Assembly (NCBI GenBank): GCA_034670305.1
Contig: JAXMNT010000014.1
Span: 1-64,000, forward strand
Origin: Deltaproteobacteria bacterium
Lineage (GTDB): Bacteria; Myxococcota_A; Polyangia; Polyangiales; Houyiibacteriaceae
Direction: 5' to 3'
DNA: 64,000 nucleotides
Below the pieces are notes generated by a model. The model was given only the letters and a program-made list of their open reading frames with translations. It searched no databases and was not told where the DNA came from. Below, piece by piece: positions 1-8,900 of the stretch. Within the stretch, counting starts at the first letter, position 1. Each line of letters opens with the position of its first letter. Position numbers and translations under genes: made by a program.

Positions 1-118
1 GGATGCTCGCTGTACTCGTCGCAGCCCTTCGAGATCGCCGTCTCTACGACAAAACCCAGCGTCGCCTCCCAAAGCCGATCTGACCCTCAAGAGGGCTTGA
101 CGGACGGTAGGAGGTCCT
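1..118 (+). mobile_element. Probable 3' end of an IS110-family element: transposase C-terminus (3..83) plus right end
   Basis: Frame 3..83 reads MLAVLVAALRDRRLYDKTQRRLPKPI*, resembling the 'L.vl.amlrdr.lYd' tail of IS110 transposases. It is followed by GCTTGACGGACGGTAGGAGGTCC, which matches the CTTGAC..TAGG pattern I associate with IS110 right ends. Truncated by the window edge. Confidence 0.55.
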
Positions 119-190
119 TGCCCTTGCGCTCTTGCCGCCCCAGGTCGTTCAAGACACCTCCCACCACCCAAAGCCGGGCACGGGCACGGG
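116..190. repeat. Short degenerate hexamer-armed element (CCTTGC-type left arm, GGGCAC-type right arm)
   Basis: ccttgcccttgcgctcttgcc at 116-136 and gggcacgggcacgggg at 176-191; same repeat family as 16251, 17551 and 41491. Confidence 0.5.
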
Positions 191-213
191 GATCACGCTG
201 CCCCGCAGCCCTA

Positions 214-1368
214 CTACCTCAACCAGCGGTAGCCCACGCTGACCACGCCCACGTCCAGGTACGGACGTTCGTACCGGTGGTACGAGATGTACACGCTCTC
301 CCGGCCCCGCGCTTCGTCAAGGCTCGTGAAGAGCACCACCTTCACGCTCCACTCGTGGGCACGAAACGCCGCCAAGTCGGAGTCGGCGGTGAGGATGGTT
401 CCGTCGTCGCGGTCGGTGGGCGCGGCTTCGGTCGTGAAGAAGTCTGGAGAGCCTTGGTCGTGCAGGCGGTAGCCCACCCGGACGTACACGTGGGACCCCA
501 TCCACTGCGACGCCTCGAGATCCAGCGTGTGGGCGATCACTCCGAAGTCGTCCCGGTAGTACCGGTACGCGCCCATGAGCGTGGAGCGCGACTGGGGAAT
601 GTGCTGGGAGAGCGACCCCGAGAGCACGTGTCTCAATCGGGTCCCGGGAAAGAGCTCCGCCGGCCGAATGAACGGGCGCGGCACCGGCACCGAGTTCCAG
701 GTCTGCTCGAGCCGCCCCCACTGATACGTCAGGTCGTAGCCGGCGCGGGCCAACGTCGTGCGCGAGAGCACTTGGGATCCACCGAGCCACGCGTGGAACG
801 CTTGTCGGCTGGTGTGACCGAGGTCGAACCCCTGCGGTGTGAGTGGGTCGAAGGCATCCACCGTCAGATCGACGCCCGCTTCGATGGTCGCGTTGTCGTC
901 CGCGAGCTCCCGCAAGTAACGAATGCCGCCGAACCCACCCTTGAGGTACTCCTCGATGTGGGCGCCGATCCGGAACTGGATCTCGTCGTTGTCAGTCGCA
1001 CGCCACTGGGTCCGAAGGTCGAGTTCGACCGCCTCGTTCACCTTCGACGCAGTCGAGACGGCGTCGAGCGCGTCGGCGCTCGCGCTCGTCACGATGTCGA
1101 TGGGCATGTCGAGCGTGTGCCGGACTCGATCGTTCTGCCGCAGCGCGACCCGGAAGCTCGGCTGGTAGACGTCGAGTCGTTCGTCGCCGCGTTCGACGCC
1201 ATCGATCTCCTGGACGTCCGCCTGCGACTGCGCCCCGCGTCCCTCCTGGCCGAAGTACGACATCCGCGCGTTCACCTCTTCGGTGCGCCACTGCGAAGGC
1301 CCACACCCAACCGCCACCAGCAGCAAACCCACCGCCCACCCGATTGGTCGCGCGACGGCCGCCCGCAT
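214..1368 (-). CDS. DUF3570-like outer-membrane beta-barrel protein
   Basis: ATG at 1368 with a GAGGAG RBS upstream and a lipoprotein-like signal (LLLVAVGC). Motifs include D.VTSAS, YRYYRDDFGVIAHT and TADSDLAAF; aromatic C-terminus; lies downstream of a DUF4266-like gene. Confidence 0.75.
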   Translation of the reverse strand: MRAAVARPIGWAVGLLLVAVGCGPSQWRTEEVNARMSYFGQEGRGAQSQADVQEIDGVERGDERLDVYQPSFRVALRQNDRVRHTLDMPIDIVTSASADALDAVSTASKVNEAVELDLRTQWRATDNDEIQFRIGAHIEEYLKGGFGGIRYLRELADDNATIEAGVDLTVDAFDPLTPQGFDLGHTSRQAFHAWLGGSQVLSRTTLARAGYDLTYQWGRLEQTWNSVPVPRPFIRPAELFPGTRLRHVLSGSLSQHIPQSRSTLMGAYRYYRDDFGVIAHTLDLEASQWMGSHVYVRVGYRLHDQGSPDFFTTEAAPTDRDDGTILTADSDLAAFRAHEWSVKVVLFTSLDEARGRESVYISYHRYERPYLDVGVVSVGYRWLR

Positions 1369-1384
1369 CGGGCCGCCAGTCTCC

Positions 1385-1606
1385 TCAGTTGCTGCAGGCA
1401 CAGCCGCCTCCGGACGCCGAACCGCCGCCGCCGCCCGCTGCTTCACGCGCGGTGTGCAACTTGCGGATGCTTCGATCCTCGAGCGGGTCGCGTTCCATCG
1501 TCGGATCGGCGAGGTAGCCACGCTGGTACGCGGGCACCACGGCGCAACCGGAGCCGGCGATCAGTGCCGAGAGCAAGAGTCCGAAACCGACCCAGTGGCG
1601 AAACAT
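1385..1606 (-). CDS. DUF4266-like small lipoprotein
   Basis: Signal peptide ending in GSGC, then V.AYQRGYLADPTM and a C-terminal Gly-rich GGGCACSN. Confidence 0.8.
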   Translation of the reverse strand: MFRHWVGFGLLLSALIAGSGCAVVPAYQRGYLADPTMERDPLEDRSIRKLHTAREAAGGGGGSASGGGCACSN

Positions 1607-1704
1607 CCCGCGGGTCTAGCAGGACCCCGCCGAGACCGCGACCGTGGTCGACGGGACCGCCGAGAAATGGACGCGTCTTGGCCCTTCCCCCGACACTGGC
1701 CACC

Positions 1705-1848
1705 ATGAAGCCGAAACACGAACGCCCCGCGAACCGAACCTGGAAGATGGCGAGCTACCAAGAAGTGCCGCCGCCGCCCCCGCCCGCGCCCAAGAGCGAA
1801 GAGCAGCCGCTCGACCGCCGCCGCACCTCGTCGCTTCGACGCGGCTGA
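1705..1848 (+). CDS. Possible small Pro-rich hypothetical protein (47 aa)
   Basis: ATG at 1705 fills the gap between the flanking minus-strand genes; no recognisable motif. Confidence 0.3.
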   Translation: MKPKHERPANRTWKMASYQEVPPPPPPAPKSEEQPLDRRRTSSLRRG

Positions 1849-1860
1849 CCGGACCCGTTC

Positions 1861-2595
1861 TTACTCGGTCGCGATCCCAAGCGCGTGGGCGCGTTCTTCG
1901 CGCAGACGCTGATACGGCGGGCACCAGTCCGCCGCCGGGTCCCCGAGCCACGCCCGCACCGGAATGAGCCCGCGCGCCGCCAGATCGCGCAAGAGCCGTG
2001 CCTCCTCGGCCGGTTCCCTCGAGAAGCCAAACGGGTTGCGGGGCCGACCGTCGGAGAGCTTCGGGTACTTCTCGTCGTCGTTGGCGATCAGCAACAGCAG
2101 CTCGTGGCCGCGCCGCCAGGTGTAGCTGAGAAACGGCTGGTCGAACGGCGCGACCGATGCGCGCGCTTCGCTGTCGCGGGCGACCCACTTCGCCCAGTCG
2201 AAGCCGTACATGAAGTCGTGGACGTATCGAAAGTGAATCGGCGTGGCTTGTCCGAAGAGCGCCTGCAGCGAGACGACCGTCGCGCTCGTCGCCGCCAACG
2301 TCGCCGCATCCGGCTGGCGCGCGAGCGACGCGGCAAGCGCATCGAAGTCCCAAAAGACGTTCTCGGGAAACGCCTCGAGCTGAGCGCGCACGATGCGGTG
2401 CAGGGCGCGGGCGAACGGAGCGCGAAGTTCGGGCCGCGTCTCGGGGGCGAACCGATCGAAGAGTGCCACCAGAGGCGTCGCCTCCGATCGCTCCGGCGAG
2501 AGCGTCGCGCGGTGATCGCCCGCCCGCAGGACCTCGTCGAGTGCTTCGAGCAGCCCCCGCGTACGGGCCACACGGGTCGGGAGCGGGGTGTGCAT
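1861..2595 (-). CDS. Hypothetical protein (last gene of the operon)
   Basis: ATG at 2595, 8 nt after the menA stop. Globular composition with conserved-looking motifs FPENVFWDFD, FRYVHDFMYGFDWAKWV and RNPFGF. Confidence 0.75.
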   Translation of the reverse strand: MHTPLPTRVARTRGLLEALDEVLRAGDHRATLSPERSEATPLVALFDRFAPETRPELRAPFARALHRIVRAQLEAFPENVFWDFDALAASLARQPDAATLAATSATVVSLQALFGQATPIHFRYVHDFMYGFDWAKWVARDSEARASVAPFDQPFLSYTWRRGHELLLLIANDDEKYPKLSDGRPRNPFGFSREPAEEARLLRDLAARGLIPVRAWLGDPAADWCPPYQRLREERAHALGIATE

Positions 2596-2603
2596 GGAGC
2601 GCT

Positions 2604-3593
2604 TCAGAAGAAGAGGCGGTGTAGCACCAGCAGTCCAGCGAGCCACTGCGCGCTGTTCCAGAACGCGCGGTGGAGCACGTCCTTGTAGCGGCGCTGCGCG
2701 TCGAACGCGTTCGTCACCGCAGCCGGGCTCAGCGCCACCAGCGTCCGGAGGTAGTAGGCGAGCACCAGCGCGCCGAACACCGCGACCACGAGCGGAATGT
2801 GCGCGCTGAAGATCCCCGCGAGCAGCCAGAAGATCGCCGCGAGCAAGACGTTCAGCTCTGTGAAGCGCCGGGCCATCGGGTTGCCGAGCATCGTCGTGAA
2901 GGTTCGTTTGCCACCTTTGCGGTCGCTGACTTCGTCACTCAGTCCGCTCGCGATCGCGCTCGCGAACGCCAGCGCGCACACGCCGGGAAGGATCGCCCAG
3001 GGACGCGGCAACCAGGTGAGCGACTCCACGCCGAGCCCGCCCTGCGCGTAGGCGTTGATCCACGGGAGCACGAGCCCGACACCGAACATCTCGAGCAACT
3101 CGCCGCCGCCCCGGTAGTTGAGCTTGAGCGGCCAGAGGCTGTAGCCGGCGAACACCGCGAGCGCGCCGAGGGTCGCGATGCCCATGAGCGGCCGGCCGAG
3201 CCACTCGTTGCAGAAGTACCCGAACCCGACCGCTGCCGCGGTGAACACCAGCGCGCCGAGCGCCACGTGGCCTGCGCTCAAGATGCCGTCGGGAATGGTC
3301 TTCGGGGAGCACGACGTCGGGAAGAGGCGCCGCTTGAGTCCATCGACCTCGCGGTCGGCCAGATCGTTGGAGAGCACGATCGCGCCGAGCAACAGAAAGG
3401 TGAGCCCGAGTCCACCGGCCGCGCTGACGAGATCCACCCCGCCGAGGTGTGCTGCGCCGATCGCCTGACCCACGAATGCGGGCACGAAGAGCTTCGGCCA
3501 GCTGGCGGGTTTGAGTGCGTAGCGCCAGCGGCGGTAAGGAGTCACGGGTTCAGTCTCAGGCTGCAACCCGGCCTCGGCAACCCTTGAATACAA
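2604..3593 (-). CDS. menA: UbiA-family prenyltransferase, 1,4-dihydroxy-2-naphthoate polyprenyltransferase-like
   Basis: Multiple TM helices; Asp-rich motifs NDLADREVD and DEVSDRKGGKRT; YS..PLKLNYRG.GE. Confidence 0.8.
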   Translation of the reverse strand: MYSRVAEAGLQPETEPVTPYRRWRYALKPASWPKLFVPAFVGQAIGAAHLGGVDLVSAAGGLGLTFLLLGAIVLSNDLADREVDGLKRRLFPTSCSPKTIPDGILSAGHVALGALVFTAAAVGFGYFCNEWLGRPLMGIATLGALAVFAGYSLWPLKLNYRGGGELLEMFGVGLVLPWINAYAQGGLGVESLTWLPRPWAILPGVCALAFASAIASGLSDEVSDRKGGKRTFTTMLGNPMARRFTELNVLLAAIFWLLAGIFSAHIPLVVAVFGALVLAYYLRTLVALSPAAVTNAFDAQRRYKDVLHRAFWNSAQWLAGLLVLHRLFF

Positions 3594-3596
3594 AGG

Positions 3597-4628
3597 TCAT
3601 GTCGCCCAATCGGGCAGCGGCGGCGCCTCGGCGAGCCGTTCGGTCTGATCCACGGAGCTCAAGGTGTTCACGAACATCAGAGGCCGCTGGGTGCGCGGTG
3701 CGTCCCGCAGCAGCGCAGCCATCGCGCGCGCGGTGTAGGTCGCGTCGAGGGTCAGTCCCTCTTGGTTCGCGAGCACGCTCGCCTGGGCGGCGCGGGCGTC
3801 GGCACCACCGTAACCGCTGCCGTAGAAGTCGTGCTCCAGTTCGATCGCCCCCAGCGCCGCGCGCGTGACGGCGGGGAAACTCGGCGCGGTCTTTCGGAGT
3901 GTGCGCATGGTGTTGGCGACCAGCGTCGCGATGGTGGCGCGGTTGCACACGAGGCGCGGCGTGACGCGCACCGCGCGCACCTTCGTCGTGAGCCCCGACG
4001 CCGCCAGACCGATCGCCAACCCCGCCGCCGTTCCGCCGCTGCCGAGCGCGACGTACACCGCCTCGGGCTCCGGGCAGTGGCCCGTCGCGATCTGCTCCGC
4101 CAACTCGAACGCAGCTTCGACGTATCCGAGGGTGCCCGCCGATGAGGACCCTCCGTACGCGACTCGGTAGGGCGTGTGGCCGCGGGCCCGGAGCCCCGCC
4201 GACACCGTGCTCATCTTGGTGATCACCGCGGGCCAGGTCGACACCTGGTGCAGCTCCGCACCCACCGAGAGATCGAGCCGCAGGTTTTCCTCCACGTGGG
4301 GAGAGAGCGGCTGCGGCACCACCACCGCGCTGACCTCGAACCCCCACTTGCGCCCGAACAGACTCGTCGCGAGGACGTGGTGCGACCCCCACGCACCTGC
4401 GGTCACGAGGGCGTCGCATCCCTGCCGGCGCGCGTCGCCCAGCACGAACTCGAGCTTGCGCACCTTGTTGCCGCCGTAGAGATCGGCGGTGAGGTCGTCC
4501 CGCTTCACCCAGAGGTCGCCCCCGGTCTCGCTCGAGAGCCGCTTCATGGGCTCGACCGGGGTCGTGCGGGAGAGCGGGAGATGGGGCACGAGCGCCAGGG
4601 CGGGAAACCGAGTCGCGAGCAGCGTCAT
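3597..4628 (-). CDS. PLP-dependent D-cysteine desulfhydrase / ACC deaminase family enzyme
   Basis: WVKRDDLT...GGNKVRKLEF, GAWGSHH, ALGSGGTAAGL and LDATYTARAM motifs; ATGA overlap with the upstream mscS stop. Confidence 0.9.
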   Translation of the reverse strand: MTLLATRFPALALVPHLPLSRTTPVEPMKRLSSETGGDLWVKRDDLTADLYGGNKVRKLEFVLGDARRQGCDALVTAGAWGSHHVLATSLFGRKWGFEVSAVVVPQPLSPHVEENLRLDLSVGAELHQVSTWPAVITKMSTVSAGLRARGHTPYRVAYGGSSSAGTLGYVEAAFELAEQIATGHCPEPEAVYVALGSGGTAAGLAIGLAASGLTTKVRAVRVTPRLVCNRATIATLVANTMRTLRKTAPSFPAVTRAALGAIELEHDFYGSGYGGADARAAQASVLANQEGLTLDATYTARAMAALLRDAPRTQRPLMFVNTLSSVDQTERLAEAPPLPDWAT

Positions 4629-5971
4629 GCATTCTCCGGGGGCGGCGGATCTGGTTCCGCCTGGGGCTTGGGCGCTTCGGCCGCGAGCAACATCTCCGCG
4701 CGCTCCAAGAGCTCGCCCTCGAACCGGGCGCCGAAGGTGGCGTCGAGCAGTCGGCCTTGCACCCGCCAAAGCGCGGGGTCGTCGGGATCCCGGAGCACCG
4801 AAGGCACCGAGCCCGGAAACACCCAGGGCGAGAACAACGCGGCGTCGCGAAGCGCCAACCGAATCCGCTCGGCGGTGGCATCCGAGCCGAGGCGCACCAA
4901 CACCTCGTGTTCGTCCGCGTGCCCGCTGGTGGCGACCACCGGCTTCTGAAGCACGAACCGGTTCGGCAGATCGATGCGGCGGCCTTGGGCGTCGCGGAGC
5001 GTCGTCGATCGCAACCCGGTCTGCTCCACCTTGCCAGAGAAGCCCGGTCCGCTGATCCACAGCCCCGGTCGGATGCGGTGTTCGAACGCCATGACGAACC
5101 CAGCGACCAAATCCGGCAACACGTCGCGCATCGACCATCCGAGCGCGACCGCGAACCCGCCGAACGCGAGCAACATCACGAGCGAAAGCCGGGGAGGCAG
5201 CAGCCGCAAGATGAACGCGAGCGCGAGGCCGACCACGAGCAAGCGCACGACGAGGTGCGCGACCGCGAGCAGCCCGGGCACGACGCCGCGCTGCGGGAAC
5301 CGCCCGCGCACCCGGCGCACGACCACCGCCGCGATCATCGCGAGCGCGAGCCCGAGCAGAAGCAGGAGCAGCCCTTGCGTGGTCCGCCCGCTGGCGAACA
5401 AGTTCGCCATGCCTTCCACCTCTTGCTCGAACCAGTCGGCTTCCTCGACGGCGACCGGCGCTACTGGAACCGGCAACGCCACGGGCTCTGGCGCCGCGAC
5501 CGGCGCACGCTCTTCGGCTTCGCCTTGGGCCCGCTGCAGGGCCAGCGCCGCCTGCGTCGCCGCGGTGGCTGCCGCCTCCGCGATCTGTTCTGCGCGGAGC
5601 GCGGCGGCGGCTTCCGCCTCGGCTTCGGCTTCTGCTTCCGCCGCGGCGACCGCTGCTGCGTCGGCGATGGCTTCCGCCGCCAGAGCTGCTTCCGCGGCCT
5701 GTTCCGCGAGTCGCGCGGCCTCTTGTTCGCGCGCGAGCCTGGCCGCTTCCATCGCGCTGCCCGCGCTGCCCGCATCCACCGCTGCCGCACCTTCGGCCTC
5801 GCCCTCCGCCGGCGGGTCCTGAGCTTCGGCGGGGGCCGGGTCTTGCGCGGCGGGGGCCACCGCGGCCGTGCCGGCATCGACCGGCGGCTGCGCGCGTGCG
5901 TCCCCCGAGCCGATCGCGAAGATCACCCACGCGGCAAACACCGCCCGGCACATGCCTCCGAGACCGGTCAC
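4625..5971 (-). CDS. MscS-family mechanosensitive channel with a long Ala/Glu-rich periplasmic N-terminus
   Basis: Signal peptide, Ala/Glu helical region and 3 TM helices, then A(L)GWSMRDVLPDLVAG...IRPG.WI...GKVEQTGLRSTTL...IDLPN. Start is GTG 5971 (GTGA overlap) or ATG 5953. Confidence 0.85.
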   Translation of the reverse strand: MTGLGGMCRAVFAAWVIFAIGSGDARAQPPVDAGTAAVAPAAQDPAPAEAQDPPAEGEAEGAAAVDAGSAGSAMEAARLAREQEAARLAEQAAEAALAAEAIADAAAVAAAEAEAEAEAEAAAALRAEQIAEAAATAATQAALALQRAQGEAEERAPVAAPEPVALPVPVAPVAVEEADWFEQEVEGMANLFASGRTTQGLLLLLLGLALAMIAAVVVRRVRGRFPQRGVVPGLLAVAHLVVRLLVVGLALAFILRLLPPRLSLVMLLAFGGFAVALGWSMRDVLPDLVAGFVMAFEHRIRPGLWISGPGFSGKVEQTGLRSTTLRDAQGRRIDLPNRFVLQKPVVATSGHADEHEVLVRLGSDATAERIRLALRDAALFSPWVFPGSVPSVLRDPDDPALWRVQGRLLDATFGARFEGELLERAEMLLAAEAPKPQAEPDPPPPENA

Positions 5972-8900
5972 GGCGCCCACCCCTTGTCTCGCAACGTCCG
6001 CACCACCGCGCCACGCAGGTGAATCGCCACCCGGTACGCCAAGGTCTCGATCGGCGGCGGACCCTCGTCGCCGTTCTTCTTCTTGTACACACCGCCACCG
6101 ACGACCACCGGGCGGGCCGTCAAGACGCCGAGGTTGCCGAGCTGCGCGAGCCGAGCCCGCGCCACCGGTACCTCGATCTGGAACGCGGCCGCGAGCCCAT
6201 CCGCGTCGATCCACCCCTGCCGGATGATGGTGAGCAGCAAGACCAGATCCTCATCGACCAGGCGGCGCACTGCGCTGAGGCCCTCGGCGGGCAACGGGCC
6301 GACGTGGACGATGTCGTCGTGTTCGATCGTGCGGATCGACGCGAGCCAGAGCCGCAACGCATCCCGGATGAGTCCGCCCGTCGCGACGTGAAGATCTTGG
6401 AAGTACTGCTCGTACGGGCGACGGATCCGACTGGCCGACCGGGATACGAAGCCTTCGCCGCGGTCGCTCAGCGCGCTCTCGAACGCATGCCCGAAGCCAC
6501 TGAGTCGGTGTCGCTCCATCACCGCCGCCTGCAGCCCCGCTTGGTCCAGTGGCTCGAGCTCGATCAGCTCGCCAAAGGCTTCCCGCAAGGGCGCCGCCAC
6601 CGACGCGTAGTTCCAGAGCAGGACCTCCGCGAGCACGAGCCACGAGCGGCGTCCGCGGTCCGCCACCACACCATCGACGAACCGGCGAAGCGGGGCGAAT
6701 CCATTGGGGCCGGGAGACACGAGCCAGCCGAGTCCGTCCACCACCACCAGCTGCGCGTTGGCGGTGTCGGCCAGAAGGCGCTCCACGCTCTCGACGGTCT
6801 GCGGCCCGTCGAGTGAGACCCGCTGCATGTTCTTCCAGCGCCCACCACGCACGATCGCGCTCGCCACCGAGGCCTTGCCGACTCCGTCGAGTCCGACGAG
6901 CGCCACGGTCCGCAGGTGCCCCGCGCTCGTGTCCTCGAGCGCTTCGCGTGCACGTCGGATCGCTTCTTCGCGGCCGGTGAGGACGTCGCCCGCCTCGAGG
7001 GTGTCGGCCGCGAAGAGCCGGCGGTACACGAGCGGTACCTTCGTCTTCTCCTTCGGGGGGGCGAAGTGGCTGCGGTCGAGCGCAACCAGCTCCCCCTTCG
7101 TACGCAGCCCGAGCCGCATCCGGAACGCCGCCCAGCGGTTGCGTCCAACCAGCGAGACCAGCGCATCCGCACTCTGGCGCCAGAACTCCCGCACCGCATC
7201 GGGCAACTCGGTCGCGCGCTGGGCCAAGCGGCGGCGGGCGGCGTCGCGTTTGAGTTCGTCGACTTTGGCGCGGCTGATGTCGCCGTCCACCAGCTGACCG
7301 CGCAGTTCCCCGAGCGCACCGAGCACGGCTTCGCGCACCGAACCACCGAGCGAGGCCGGCAAGTCCTGCACGCCCTTCAGGTGCGCTTGGAGCACCGACA
7401 GACTTCGATCCAGCTGTCCGCCGATCATCTCACCGAGAAGCGCCTTGGTGCTCTCCGGCACCTGCTCCTCGTGCACCACCTCGAGCTCCGCGGTGGCGAG
7501 TTCGACGTTGAACGCGATCACGCGCTCCGCTTCCTTGAGAGAGCCGATGAGCGGCTGCAGTTGTTCGGCGGCGTCGCGGGTCGCGCGGAGCAGCTGAGGC
7601 GCGATGCGCAACTCGACATGACCCGACGCCACCTCGCGGAACGGCACCTCGACCCGCTGAAGCACGGGCGGGAGTTTGTATTCGCCCCGCTGCAGTCGAC
7701 CGGCCACGACGAGGTAGTTCGAGGTCAGCTCGCTCGCGGCTTTGCCGAGCGCGTCGAGAAGCGGCGCGACCTTCTCCTGCTCGAGCAGTTCGTCTCGAAG
7801 CTCACGCACGATGCGGCCGGTCTCTCCGGCGATCTTCTCCGCTTGTTCGGTCTGCGTCCGCAGGGCGGTCGCCATCTCGTCACCGGTCGAACTCTTGCGG
7901 AGTTCGGCGTCGACGTGGGCCAACGTCTCCCGAAGTGCCTCTTCGGTGCGGGCCGCCTGCTGCAGCGCGCGTCGGGAGACCTCTCCTTCGAGTTTGGACG
8001 CGTGCGACGCGAGCAAGTGTTTCACCCGCGCCTCGAGGCCGACGAGTTCGAACTCCATCGCGAGCAGCGCGAACTCACCGGCGTTCGAGCCGCGCAGCTC
8101 GTTCACCGTCTCGCCCAAGATGTGGAGCGCCTTGATGCGTTCGGCGAACGCGCGGCTGCTGCGGCGGGTGTGCGCCGGCAACTCCAGCGTCTCGATGACC
8201 GGAGCTTCTTCCCGGATCGTGCGCAGCGCGAGCGCAAGCAACCGGCCGGTGCGGACCGCGCCGCCACTCGAGATGCGGGTGATCTCGTCCATGGCGAGCA
8301 ACAGCTCCGTCTCGACATCGCTGCGGACGGTCGCGAGCCCCTGCTGAATCGTCTCGCCCTTGACCGCCGGGTCCATCGTCGCTTCGGCGAGGCGGTCGTA
8401 CGACTCGATGATTCCGTCGAAGAGGTTCCGCGTGCGCCCTGCGATGTGCTGCTCGGCCTGCACCAGGAGCGCGGCCACACCTTCGAGTCGCACCGGCGTC
8501 TCGAACGAGAGATGGAAACGCGCCAACGACTGCAGCGCGATGGTGCGCGGCGCCAGGTCGCGTCCGAAGGCGCGGGCGAAACCCCGCCGCATGCGGGCCA
8601 ACGAGCGGCGAATGCGCAGCAGTGGACCGTCGGAAGGTTTGGTCTCGAAGACCCGCGGGTCCCAGGGGATCTCCACGTGTTCGAGCAGACGCTCCACCGC
8701 TTCGTCGACCGACTCCACGATGCCGTCGGGCGTCCACGGCGGGCGTTGCCCGAGCTGAGAGGCGCGCGTCAACGCGATCGAACGCCAGGCCTCCGCGAGC
8801 TCGCCCTGTTCGGCGCGCAACGTCTTCGAGAGTTCTTCCCGGGCTGCCTGGCGTTCCTTGTCGTCCTCCACGCCCACGGACCGCGCTTGCACCGTCAGCC

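Noticed and set aside
1385-1400. Selenocysteine read-through at the TGA after CACSN
   Set aside because: The family normally ends here, the downstream RBS and ATG follow immediately, and no SECIS-like hairpin is evident.
97-1848. 583-aa plus-strand ORF, and similar long ORFs (6916-9009, 9013-11397, 28150-31047, 40143-42806, 60226-62343)
   Set aside because: Antisense or off-frame shadows of recognisable genes, Arg/Gly/Pro-rich; expected in high-GC DNA.
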